Source: Candidatus Fermentithermobacillaceae bacterium UBA3907 (GTDB lineage Bacteria; Bacillota; Sulfobacillia; Fermentithermobacillales; Fermentithermobacillaceae). Taken from it: DNA of 53,469 nt. How positions within the stretch are numbered: the first letter of the stretch is position 1; each line of letters opens with the position of its first letter. Position numbers and translations under genes: made by a program. Where the stretch lies: the NCBI GenBank assembly GCA_002391545.1, contig DGFF01000068.1, positions 653-54,121 of the forward strand, read 5' to 3'. This document shows positions 27,570 to 35,694 of this stretch, one piece after another. Below the pieces are notes generated by a model that saw nothing but the letters and a program-made list of their open reading frames with translations, made no database searches and was not told where the DNA came from.

Positions 27570-28896
27570 CGTGAAGAAGCAAATCACCCTAATTCGTAAG
27601 ACGCGTAAGTTGCCTTTACCAGGAGAAGTCTTAGTTAATGTGGGAGATATTGTAAAACCTGATACACCGGTGGCAAGGATTGCGGTTAAACCTGGAATTC
27701 CTTGGGTAGTACCGGCAGCTAGATTGTTGGGAATTGAGCCAGATAAGCTTTCTAGTGCAATGCTTAAGGAAGTAGGGGATCGAGTAAAGACCAAGGAAGT
27801 GTTTGCTAGGGCAGATCAAGGACTATACGGACGTAAGGAACTTGAATCCCCGACTGACGGTGTCATAGAGGCAGTATCTGATCGTTCAGGCAGGGTCACT
27901 ATTCGTGAAGAATTTGGGCGTGAAGACCCTCCTGTTACGTTTGATGTTGCTTTTCAGTTGAAGTGCAGACCAGAGGAACTTCCCCAGCATATGCTTAGGA
28001 CAGTAGGACAAGAAGTAAAGAAAGACCAGATGATCGCTAAGAAAGGCGAGGGTCAAGCTTTCTTTACAAAGACTGCTCTTGCACCTGTGTCAGGGGTAAT
28101 ATCGGAGATAAATACCAAAACGGGTACAGTCACTATTTCACGGCCCTTTAAAGAGGTTGTAGTGTATGCCTATATAGAAGGTGAAGTTGTCGAAATCATT
28201 GAGGATCGTGGCTGTGTGATCGAGACCCCAGGGATTAAGATAAACGGTATTTTCGGTCTCGGGCGAGAAACCCATGGGGAGATTAAAGTTCTGGTTGATG
28301 GGCCAGAGCAGGTATTAGAAGCTGACATGATAACAGAGGACTGCAAAGATAAGATAATCATTGGCGGTTCTTTTGCCACTAACGAGGCACTGGACAAGGC
28401 ACTGGAAGTCGGAGTTAAGGGAGTTGTTACAGGCACTGCCAACTACTTTAACCTTACCCAGTCCCTAGGTGTCAAATTGGGTATAGGCATTACTGGGCAA
28501 GAGGATATACCCATAACAGTGGTTTTAATGGAAGGGTTTGGCCATTTGAATATGAGAAGAAGTGTATGGGAAACGTTGGCAGCTCTTGAAGGTATGACTG
28601 CATCTATGAACGGTGCGACCCAGATTAGAGCTGGAGCAATAAGGCCGGAGATAATCGTGCCATTCTTCGGGTATACTGGCGAACTAGCCGAGCCTACTTT
28701 TTATGATGTTGACTTGCGCCAAGGAATGCCTGTGCGTATTGTAAGTGAACCATACTTTGGAGTAGTCGGTGAAGTGGCGGAAATAGTTAAAGAGCCAGTC
28801 ATGATAGAAACAGAAGCTAAGGTTCCTGTGGTTAAGGTGAAGTTGGAAAACGGTGACAAAGTAGTTGTGCCGAGAGCAAACGTGGAGATGATCTAG
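27538..28896 (+). CDS. uncharacterized multi-barrel partner protein, paralog B1
   Basis: The GTG at 27538 is preceded by AAGGAGGG (27523-27530). It gives VADFSVDLPDDVKKQITLIRKTRKLPLPGEVLV, collinear with the N-terminus of the 31447 gene. The listed upstream extension (27370-27537) only overlaps the end of A1. Lipoyl-like hybrid-barrel motifs are present (SPTDGVIEAV, APVSGVISEI), along with EGFGH, NGATQIRAG and VPRANVE. Confidence 0.75.
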   Translation: MADFSVDLPDDVKKQITLIRKTRKLPLPGEVLVNVGDIVKPDTPVARIAVKPGIPWVVPAARLLGIEPDKLSSAMLKEVGDRVKTKEVFARADQGLYGRKELESPTDGVIEAVSDRSGRVTIREEFGREDPPVTFDVAFQLKCRPEELPQHMLRTVGQEVKKDQMIAKKGEGQAFFTKTALAPVSGVISEINTKTGTVTISRPFKEVVVYAYIEGEVVEIIEDRGCVIETPGIKINGIFGLGRETHGEIKVLVDGPEQVLEADMITEDCKDKIIIGGSFATNEALDKALEVGVKGVVTGTANYFNLTQSLGVKLGIGITGQEDIPITVVLMEGFGHLNMRRSVWETLAALEGMTASMNGATQIRAGAIRPEIIVPFFGYTGELAEPTFYDVDLRQGMPVRIVSEPYFGVVGEVAEIVKEPVMIETEAKVPVVKVKLENGDKVVVPRANVEMI

Positions 28897-28959
28897 ACGG
28901 CACAGAACACAATTGCCTCTGGTCTTTTCGCTCGTTCTCATAATTGGGCGATCAACGCC

Positions 28960-28990
28960 TTGGTCAAGCTAAGGTAAGTAGGTGTATAAT
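28960..28990 (+). promoter_or_regulatory. putative promoter for the second module (small protein-A2-B2)
   Basis: TTGGTC (28960-28965), a 19-nt spacer, then a perfect TATAAT (28985-28990) preceded by TG. The RBS TGAGGAGGTG (29018-29027) and the ATG at 29034 follow. Confidence 0.45.
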
Positions 28991-29033
28991 ATTACAGTCA
29001 TGGAGTATCTGGGATTATGAGGAGGTGTCATAA

Positions 29034-29471
29034 ATGCTGCAATTTCGTGATCCCATTGATGATGAGAGACGAGACGAGATCATCGAGGCTATGGCAAATC
29101 AGATAGTGCGGTTTGGGATGACAGTCCCTGCCATATTCTTTTTGGAGATGAGCAAGCCACTAAGCTTCATAGGCGGTCAGGCTATGCATTTTTTCGCGCC
29201 AATCGTTGGTGTATTTTTCGATACGTTTGAGGATTATGCTTTCTTCTTCGACAATAGAGATAATGTGGAACTCTTGATTCAGCGTCTGGAATTGGCAGCT
29301 ATGGAAGAAAAGGCCGAAGAAAAGAAGGCAAAAGAAGCCAAGAAAGAATCTAAGAAAGAGACTAAGAAGGCTAAGAGATGGAAGAAGGGTTCTGCACTAG
29401 ATGAAGCTATGAACATGGAAAGCGATGGGAACCGGGAGACTGATTCTCCAGAAGAAGGACCTAAAGAATGA
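29034..29471 (+). CDS. small hypothetical protein with hydrophobic core and Lys/Glu-rich tail
   Basis: Strong RBS. Hydrophobic segments are MTVPAIFFLEM and FIGGQAMHFFAPIVGVFF. A low-complexity stretch EEKAEEKKAKEAKKESKKETKKAKRWKKG follows (nt about 29304-29390, a purine-rich tract). I recognise no family. Confidence 0.55.
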   Translation: MLQFRDPIDDERRDEIIEAMANQIVRFGMTVPAIFFLEMSKPLSFIGGQAMHFFAPIVGVFFDTFEDYAFFFDNRDNVELLIQRLELAAMEEKAEEKKAKEAKKESKKETKKAKRWKKGSALDEAMNMESDGNRETDSPEEGPKE

Positions 29472-29566
29472 TTCAAGATTTAGAGGATTTACGTAAAGCG
29501 ATGTCGTAATGTACATGGTAGATATTTATCACGATGTTAGTTGGCAGCAAGGGAGGGGAACAGTTC

Positions 29567-31429
29567 GTGCAGGAAGGTAAAACGGTGTTGAACCCAGATG
29601 AGATAAATACTGTTCTGGCAACAGACTGCGGTTCTACTACAACTAAGGCTATCCTCATTGAAAAGGTTGACGATGAGTATCGACTCATTGTGAGAGGTGA
29701 AGCACCTACTACAGTAGAAGCACCTTACGAAGATGTTACTCTAGGTGCGCGAAACGCGATTAGAGAAGTTGAAGAGCTCACCGGTAGGCGTTTTCTTAGC
29801 GACGATGGAGTCATTACTCCTACTCAACCAGATGGTTCCGGGGCTGACATATTCATGTCAACCTCTTCAGCAGGTGGCGGATTGCAGATGATGGTAGCCG
29901 GAGTTGTCAAGACGATGACGGCAGAATCGGCAGCCAGGGCTGCTCTTGGAGCAGGCGCTATAGTTATGGATGTTATTGCAGTTGATGATGGAAGGAAGCC
30001 TCATGAGAAGATCCAAAGGATAAGGCAATTGAGACCAGATATGATTCTTCTTTCTGGAGGAATTGACGGTGGAACTATAACCCACGTCGTAGAAATTGCA
30101 GAGCTTATCGCTGCAGCAGAACCCAAACCTCGTCTGGGAATAGGATACAAACTGCCGGTTATTTACGCTGGCAACAAGTTTGCGAGAAAGCATGTGGAAG
30201 AAATTCTTGGCGAGAAGACGGACTTGAGGGTTGTAGATAATTTAAGACCGGTTTTGGAAAAAGAGGTTCTAGGACCTGCAAGAGAAGCTATCCATAATCT
30301 TTTTATGGAGCACGTTATGGCACAGGCCCCTGGTTACAACAAACTTATGACCTGGACACCTGTACCTATTATGCCAACTCCTGGGGCGGTAGGCAACTGT
30401 ATGCAGACAGCGGCCAAAGAATATGATATGAGCGTCATAGGTGTGGACATAGGTGGAGCTACTACTGACGTCTTTTCAGTGTTCGGCGAATATTTTAATA
30501 GAACGGTGTCTGCAAACCTAGGGATGAGCTATTCCATATGTAATGTGCTTCTTGAAACGGGTCTACCCAACATAATGAGGTGGATTCCGTTTAAGATGGA
30601 TGAGGCGAACCTTAGGAACAGGATCAGAAACAAGATGATTCGACCCACCACCATCCCCCAGACTTTGGACGATCTTATAATTGAACAAGGCATAGCCAGA
30701 GAAGCGCTTCGCCTTGCGTTTGAGCATCACAAAAGTCTCGCGGTAGGGCTTCGAGGTGTTCATAGGGAAAGAACAATCGGGGACGTGTTTGAGCAGACCG
30801 GATCGGGTGAAACGTACATTGATATGATGGAATTGGGTATGTTAATTGGGTCCGGAGGAACACTCTCTCACGCGCCTAGACGGGCGCAAGCCGCTCTTAT
30901 GTTGTTAGATGCTTTTCAACCCGAAGGGGAAACCATGTTAGCGGTTGACTCGATTTTCATGATGCCTCAACTGGGCATACTTGCTACGGTCCATCCGAAA
31001 GCAGCTATGCACGTTTTTGATAAGGACTGTCTGGTGAAATTAGGGACAACCATTGCTCCTTTAGGTCCCAGCAGCAGCAATCTTAAATTTGGAGAACCTT
31101 GTGTGACTGTAACAATTGAATACAATGAGCAAGTCATTGAGGAATCGGTACCTTATGGATCAATGAAGGTTATAAAGATTCCTGAAGAGACGACGGTAGA
31201 CGCTGTCATTCGGCCTGAAAGGCACTTTGATGCTGGCAATGGATATGGACGTGTTGTTGAAACCCAAGTTCACGGTGGCGTAGTTGGCGTGATAATAGAC
31301 TGTCGGGGACGTCCTACTGTTCTTCCAGAAGATCCGGTTTTGAGGAACCAGAAGCTAGTCGAATGGTTTAAAGCTATGGATATGTATCCAGCAGATCTAC
31401 TTGATAAATATGCGGCTCAAGGCGTATAG
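29567..31429 (+). CDS. GlmL/MutL-like ASKHA-fold ATPase, paralog A2
   Basis: Collinear with A1, with long identical runs: STSSAGGGLQMMVAG, HVMAQAPGY, IMPTPGAVG, IGVDIGGATTDVFS, RTVSANLGMSYSICNVL, NKMIRPTT, LSHAPRR, LAVDSIFMMP and KDCLVKLGT. The GTG at 29567 is preceded by AAGGGAGGGG (29549-29558). The ORF track's ATG at 29534 is an alternative start. Confidence 0.8.
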   Translation: MQEGKTVLNPDEINTVLATDCGSTTTKAILIEKVDDEYRLIVRGEAPTTVEAPYEDVTLGARNAIREVEELTGRRFLSDDGVITPTQPDGSGADIFMSTSSAGGGLQMMVAGVVKTMTAESAARAALGAGAIVMDVIAVDDGRKPHEKIQRIRQLRPDMILLSGGIDGGTITHVVEIAELIAAAEPKPRLGIGYKLPVIYAGNKFARKHVEEILGEKTDLRVVDNLRPVLEKEVLGPAREAIHNLFMEHVMAQAPGYNKLMTWTPVPIMPTPGAVGNCMQTAAKEYDMSVIGVDIGGATTDVFSVFGEYFNRTVSANLGMSYSICNVLLETGLPNIMRWIPFKMDEANLRNRIRNKMIRPTTIPQTLDDLIIEQGIAREALRLAFEHHKSLAVGLRGVHRERTIGDVFEQTGSGETYIDMMELGMLIGSGGTLSHAPRRAQAALMLLDAFQPEGETMLAVDSIFMMPQLGILATVHPKAAMHVFDKDCLVKLGTTIAPLGPSSSNLKFGEPCVTVTIEYNEQVIEESVPYGSMKVIKIPEETTVDAVIRPERHFDAGNGYGRVVETQVHGGVVGVIIDCRGRPTVLPEDPVLRNQKLVEWFKAMDMYPADLLDKYAAQGV

Positions 31430-31446
31430 AGGGGAGGAAGGAGTAA

Positions 31447-32574
31447 ATGGCACACGCATATACACCAGGATTAAAGGTTACGGAAAAGGCGGTTATAAGG
31501 AAAACACGACGCCTTCCTATCCCCGGCGAAGTTTTGGTAGAAAAGGGGCAGAAAGTATCACCTGACACAATCGTAGCGAGAACCAGTATCCCAGGTAATC
31601 CGCAGACTGTTAACGTTGCCAATCTTTTGGGCATAGAGGCTACTGATGTTCCAGACTACATGGTCAAAAAGGAAGGGGACTTTGTCGAGGAAGGGGAGGT
31701 TTTGGCACGGTATACTTATTTCTTCGGCCGTTTCAAACGTGAGGTAACGTCACCTGTAACTGGCACAATAGAGATGATCTCAAAAGTTACAGGGCAAGTG
31801 ACACTCAGAGAGCCCCCCATTCCTGTTGAGGTGGATGCCTATATTGAAGGCATAGTAGAGGAGATTATTCCAAGGGAAGGCGTAGTTGTGGTCACTGAAG
31901 GCGCGTTTATACAAGGGATTTTTGGCGTAGGTGGAGAAACTACAGGGACTATAAGAGTTGCAGTTGATTCGCCTGACGATGTGCTCACCGCTTCTCACAT
32001 AGAAAGTGACGATGACGGTAAGGTTGTAGTTGGTGGTTCGCTTATAACCAGCGATGCAATTCAAAGATGTGCAGAAGTAGGAGCGCGCGGTATTGTAGCA
32101 GGTGGCATAATAGATCATGACCTAGTTGAGTACCTAGGTTTTGATATCGGAGTAGCAATTACCGGTCACGAAGACGTACCGGTGACCCTCATAATAACCG
32201 AGGGTTTCGGTCAGATGAAGATGGCGGACAGGACTTTTAACTTGCTAAAGAAACTGTCTGGATTGAGAGCGTGCATAAATGGAGCTACGCAGATCAGAGC
32301 CGGTGTTATGCGCCCCGAGATAATAGTTCCAGGATATGAAGGAGAAGGTGAATCAGCCTCTGATGACCGGTATTTGAGTGAAGGCTTGGTAATTGGAACA
32401 CCTGTAAGAATTATTAGAGAGCCTTATTTCGGGTTGCTTGCTGAGGTTGTAGAATTGCCTCCCGAGCTTCAGCTCATCGAATCCGAATCTAGGGTTAGGG
32501 TTCTCAAAGCGAGGCTGGAAGACGGGACTATAGTTACTGTTCCGAGAGCAAACGTTGAAATAATCGAGGCGTAA
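31447..32574 (+). CDS. uncharacterized multi-barrel partner protein, paralog B2
   Basis: 375 aa. It shares IRKTR(K/R)LP(L/I)PGEVLV, AYIEG, EGFG, NGATQIRAG, RPEIIVP and VPRANVE with B1. The RBS GGGGAGGAAGGAG lies upstream. It starts 17 nt after the A2 stop. Confidence 0.75.
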   Translation: MAHAYTPGLKVTEKAVIRKTRRLPIPGEVLVEKGQKVSPDTIVARTSIPGNPQTVNVANLLGIEATDVPDYMVKKEGDFVEEGEVLARYTYFFGRFKREVTSPVTGTIEMISKVTGQVTLREPPIPVEVDAYIEGIVEEIIPREGVVVVTEGAFIQGIFGVGGETTGTIRVAVDSPDDVLTASHIESDDDGKVVVGGSLITSDAIQRCAEVGARGIVAGGIIDHDLVEYLGFDIGVAITGHEDVPVTLIITEGFGQMKMADRTFNLLKKLSGLRACINGATQIRAGVMRPEIIVPGYEGEGESASDDRYLSEGLVIGTPVRIIREPYFGLLAEVVELPPELQLIESESRVRVLKARLEDGTIVTVPRANVEIIEA

Positions 32575-32605
32575 CTGACCTGTGACCAGTCTTCGATTAC
32601 TTGCG

Positions 32606-32645
32606 GGACGACATAGATGCGACCTTTGTCGTCCTTTTTGTTTTT
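32606..32645 (+). terminator. rho-independent terminator after module 2
   Basis: Stem GGACGACA (32606-32613) / TGTCGTCC (32627-32634), a 13-nt loop, then TTTTTGTTTTT. Confidence 0.75.
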
Positions 32646-32725
32646 AAAAGAAGGGTAAATTTCTTTTAGCCTTCGGATAGAGGGATACCCTGTCTCGGCG
32701 AAGAACCAATGTATATCATAGGTGT

Positions 32726-33733
32726 ATGGAAGGAGGATTAAAGAGCAGGCTAACAACGTTGTTACCTGCCATAAAAATGGATTATGACGTTCTTAAACAG
32801 TTTCTAAAAGAGCCTGTGATTCCTATGGCGTGCAAGTTTGGCGATTATTTGCCAGTTCTACTAGATGTACGCCAAGTTTCACAAATTGTAGTGCCTGCTG
32901 AACTCCCCGATGCCGCTGTTTTGGGCGCTACTATTGATAACAGATTTCGAAGCACGATAGACGGCACAGGAACTTCTCAGGAGTCTTTAGTACAGCAGCT
33001 CAAGCGAAAAGCCAGTAGGTTAGGGCGAAAAGACAAGGCCAAAGAAACCCGAATGAAAAGTGACCTTTTAAGGGAACTATACACTGAAGTAGTTGAAAAC
33101 TCAGTTTCATACAAAGTGTATATGGAATGGATAGAAAAGTTAGGGTTGGAGAAGAAAATACTAGAGTCCAGACCTACTATACGGGAAGTATACATCTTCA
33201 AAGATATTTCCCTTGCTGTAGAACTTGAGGAACTACAGGATATGCGTAAGGATATACGGTGGGATTTTTTGCGAGCCCACGATAGATCTGTTCCACCAAC
33301 ATTTTGGGCGTTTCCAGAAGAACTGAGTCCTGCCTTTTTGAGAAAACTTGGCGATTTGTTGGGATACCCTGCTTGTTGCATAGACAGATATATTTTCGAT
33401 AGGTCCTCAGGGATTTTGAGCCCAGAAGTAAGGGCTGCTAACCAGATTATACATGCGGAAAGCCCTGAGGAAGTAGATAAATTCGCTTACTTTACCAAGG
33501 ACTTTTTCCCGTGTCAACCTGATTGCGAAAGGGCCGCAGAAATAGGTAGGAATATGTATGAGAGAGTCAAAAGACTGGACGCTGATTTAGGAGAACTTTA
33601 TCTTGAATATTTGTCGGACAATGTGAATTTGATTAGGCAGTATCCTGAGATTATAGAGGAAAAGGCCAGGCGTCTAGAGCGTGAACGTGAGGGATTTCAG
33701 AGACAGGGAGATGACGTGGAGGATGAAAGATGA
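32726..33733 (+). CDS. hypothetical four-cysteine protein (GYPACC...FFPCQPDC), possibly DUF483-like
   Basis: 335 aa. The central part is charged and coiled-coil-like. The C-terminal half contains LGYPACCIDRY and FFPCQPDCERAAE. The start codon is uncertain. Confidence 0.5.
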   Translation: MEGGLKSRLTTLLPAIKMDYDVLKQFLKEPVIPMACKFGDYLPVLLDVRQVSQIVVPAELPDAAVLGATIDNRFRSTIDGTGTSQESLVQQLKRKASRLGRKDKAKETRMKSDLLRELYTEVVENSVSYKVYMEWIEKLGLEKKILESRPTIREVYIFKDISLAVELEELQDMRKDIRWDFLRAHDRSVPPTFWAFPEELSPAFLRKLGDLLGYPACCIDRYIFDRSSGILSPEVRAANQIIHAESPEEVDKFAYFTKDFFPCQPDCERAAEIGRNMYERVKRLDADLGELYLEYLSDNVNLIRQYPEIIEEKARRLEREREGFQRQGDDVEDER

Positions 33734-34400
33734 CTTAGTTCAGAATTCCCTTTTCGAATACCCTGGCCAAGGCGGAAAAACTCTCAGGGAGAAAAAAGGC
33801 GAACCTATCGAGGCGGGCTATGCCGACAAGTTTGCCGGCATCGATAGCCTTGATGCTTTGAGGGAAATTGTTATCCAATGCAAGGAATGTGAACTTAGGC
33901 AGTCAGCCAAAGGGGTGGTCTTCGGCGAGGGGAATAGTAAAGCACGCATAATGCTGATAGGAGAGGCACCTGGGAAAACCGAAGACGACACAGGCAAACC
34001 TTTTGTAGGACGAGCCGGACACCTTTTAGATATTATGCTAGAGGCTAACGGTTTTTCCCGGGAGGAAGTCTTCATAACCAACATAGTCAAATGCCGCCCA
34101 CCTGGGAACAGAATGCCCAGTAGCGAAGAGGTTCAGGCGTGTCTTCCAAATCTCAAAGCTCAGATTCGGGCGATAAAGCCTGATATAATTGTGCTTCTAG
34201 GTGCGCTTTCTTGCCAGACTCTAATAGATCCTAGCCTTAGGGTTACAAAGGATAGGGGCAAGTGGTTTGAAAAGGATGGCATACAGTACTTAGTTACGTT
34301 CCACCCTGCTGCTGTGCTACGGGATGAACAAGGGAAGAAACATCTCATGCTGGAAGACATGAACAGCCTGAGAAAGAAATATGAAGAACTGGTCAGATAG
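33681..34400 (+). CDS. udg: uracil-DNA glycosylase, family 4
   Basis: CKECELRQ (Fe-S cysteines), GEAPGKTEDDTGKPFVGRAGHLL, NIVKCRPPGNR and TFHPAAVLR. The start is ambiguous (GTG 33681, ATG 33711 or ATG 33723). All three overlap the end of the previous gene. Confidence 0.88.
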   Translation: MNVRDFRDREMTWRMKDDLVQNSLFEYPGQGGKTLREKKGEPIEAGYADKFAGIDSLDALREIVIQCKECELRQSAKGVVFGEGNSKARIMLIGEAPGKTEDDTGKPFVGRAGHLLDIMLEANGFSREEVFITNIVKCRPPGNRMPSSEEVQACLPNLKAQIRAIKPDIIVLLGALSCQTLIDPSLRVTKDRGKWFEKDGIQYLVTFHPAAVLRDEQGKKHLMLEDMNSLRKKYEELVR

Positions 34401-34406
34401 TTGTGA

Positions 34407-34946
34407 ATGGTGATGCTTTTGGAGGGTAGATTGCTTACTTTACAAACGCGATCTTCTCATGAAACTGCAGAATTGGGAAGAGTCATAGGGGAGCGCCTCA
34501 AAGGTGGCGAGATAGTCTTATTGGAGGGCCCTTTAGGTGCAGGTAAAACCACAATGGTTCAAGGGATCGCTCGAGGACTGGGCGTTGAGAAACCTGTGAG
34601 CAGTCCTAGTTTCGTCCTGGAGAAGATATACGAGGGAAGAAGCCCACTCCATCATTTCGACTTCTATCGCTTGGATTTGGAAGATATTGAAGAGTCTGGT
34701 TTTCTTTATGATTTGGATCCTGAGGCTGTCATAGTGATAGAATGGGCTGATCGACTTGGTGGCATGTTATCTGACTGGACGCTTAGGATCAGTATAGATT
34801 TTGTTAGTCCATCTGTTCATAGGGGTTGTTTTGAAAGGGCAGAATTACGAAACGTGAAGATCAGGGTGAAAGACGAAGGTATGGCCAATGGGATCGAGCA
34901 GTTCATTCAAAGAGGAAAAGCAGATGGTGGAAAAACTGGCAAATAG
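34407..34946 (+). CDS. tsaE: tRNA t6A37 biosynthesis ATPase TsaE
   Basis: LEGPLGAGKTTMVQGIARGLG and HFDFYRL motifs. It precedes tsaB. Confidence 0.9.
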   Translation: MVMLLEGRLLTLQTRSSHETAELGRVIGERLKGGEIVLLEGPLGAGKTTMVQGIARGLGVEKPVSSPSFVLEKIYEGRSPLHHFDFYRLDLEDIEESGFLYDLDPEAVIVIEWADRLGGMLSDWTLRISIDFVSPSVHRGCFERAELRNVKIRVKDEGMANGIEQFIQRGKADGGKTGK

Positions 34947-35694
34947 AATATTGGCAGTAGAAACTAGTACAGATTTCCTGGGTGTATCTATAGTTGACGC
35001 CGGAGGAGTACGTTTCGAGATAACTACGTCTCAGCCTAGGATTCACTCGGCCCTACTCTTGCCGCTGTGCGTTTATGCTCTTGAGATGGTAGACGTAGAA
35101 TTGAACGATATAGACTGTTTCGCAGTGTCAACGGGTCCTGGTTCGTTTACAGGCCTTAGGATAGGATGCGCAGCGGTTCAGGGGCTGGCGCTAGCCCGCA
35201 ATAAACCTGTGGTTAAGGTGCCTACTTTCGAAGTATACTTAAGGCAGTGTAGAGGGTACGATAACTTGGCGGTTGTACAGGGTAGAGCCAAGGGTCAAAC
35301 AGTATGCGCTTTTTACAGGCGCGCATTGTTGCCCTACCAAAATGGAGAGGGATTTTGGAACGAATATGGATTTGAGCAAGTTGTGACTATTGGTCCTAGG
35401 TCTTACGAAGAGTTTTGCCAAGATCTGATGAAATCGGCAAAAGAGCGCATTTGGGTTACAGGAGACGCGGCTTATGAGTTTGCTGAGTTCGCTTCAACGT
35501 GTTTGCCATGCGAAGTGCGTTTGGTCGATGAGTATTTGTTGTTACCGCGTCCAGGCATAGTAGGTTTGATCGGTAGGCAAATGTTTGCACATGGGCAGGC
35601 TGTCCATCCTTCTCTGGTTGTCCCAGAATATTACAGAAAATCTTACGCTGAGGTCATTTTTTCACAACGTCAAGACGAAGGTGAAATGCCATGA
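34924..35694 (+). CDS. tsaB: tRNA t6A37 biosynthesis protein TsaB
   Basis: ILAVETSTDFLGVSIV and GPGSFTGLRIG. The ATG at 34924 with the RBS AGAGGAAAAG is preferred over the listed 34888. Confidence 0.88.
   Translation: MVEKLANRILAVETSTDFLGVSIVDAGGVRFEITTSQPRIHSALLLPLCVYALEMVDVELNDIDCFAVSTGPGSFTGLRIGCAAVQGLALARNKPVVKVPTFEVYLRQCRGYDNLAVVQGRAKGQTVCAFYRRALLPYQNGEGFWNEYGFEQVVTIGPRSYEEFCQDLMKSAKERIWVTGDAAYEFAEFASTCLPCEVRLVDEYLLLPRPGIVGLIGRQMFAHGQAVHPSLVVPEYYRKSYAEVIFSQRQDEGEMP

Noticed and set aside
29304-29390. Purine-rich AAG/GAA tract, considered as a DNA-level tandem repeat or slippage site.
   Set aside because: There is no exact repeating unit. It is codon-level low complexity encoding the Lys/Glu-rich tail of the 145-aa protein.
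32215-32223. M-K-M tripeptide in B2 (EGFGQMKMA), reminiscent of the biotinylation motif AMKM.
   Set aside because: It is not conserved in paralog B1 (EGFGHLNMR). It also sits in the Rossmann-like core rather than at the hairpin tip of a barrel domain, so it is unlikely to be a biotin or lipoyl attachment site.
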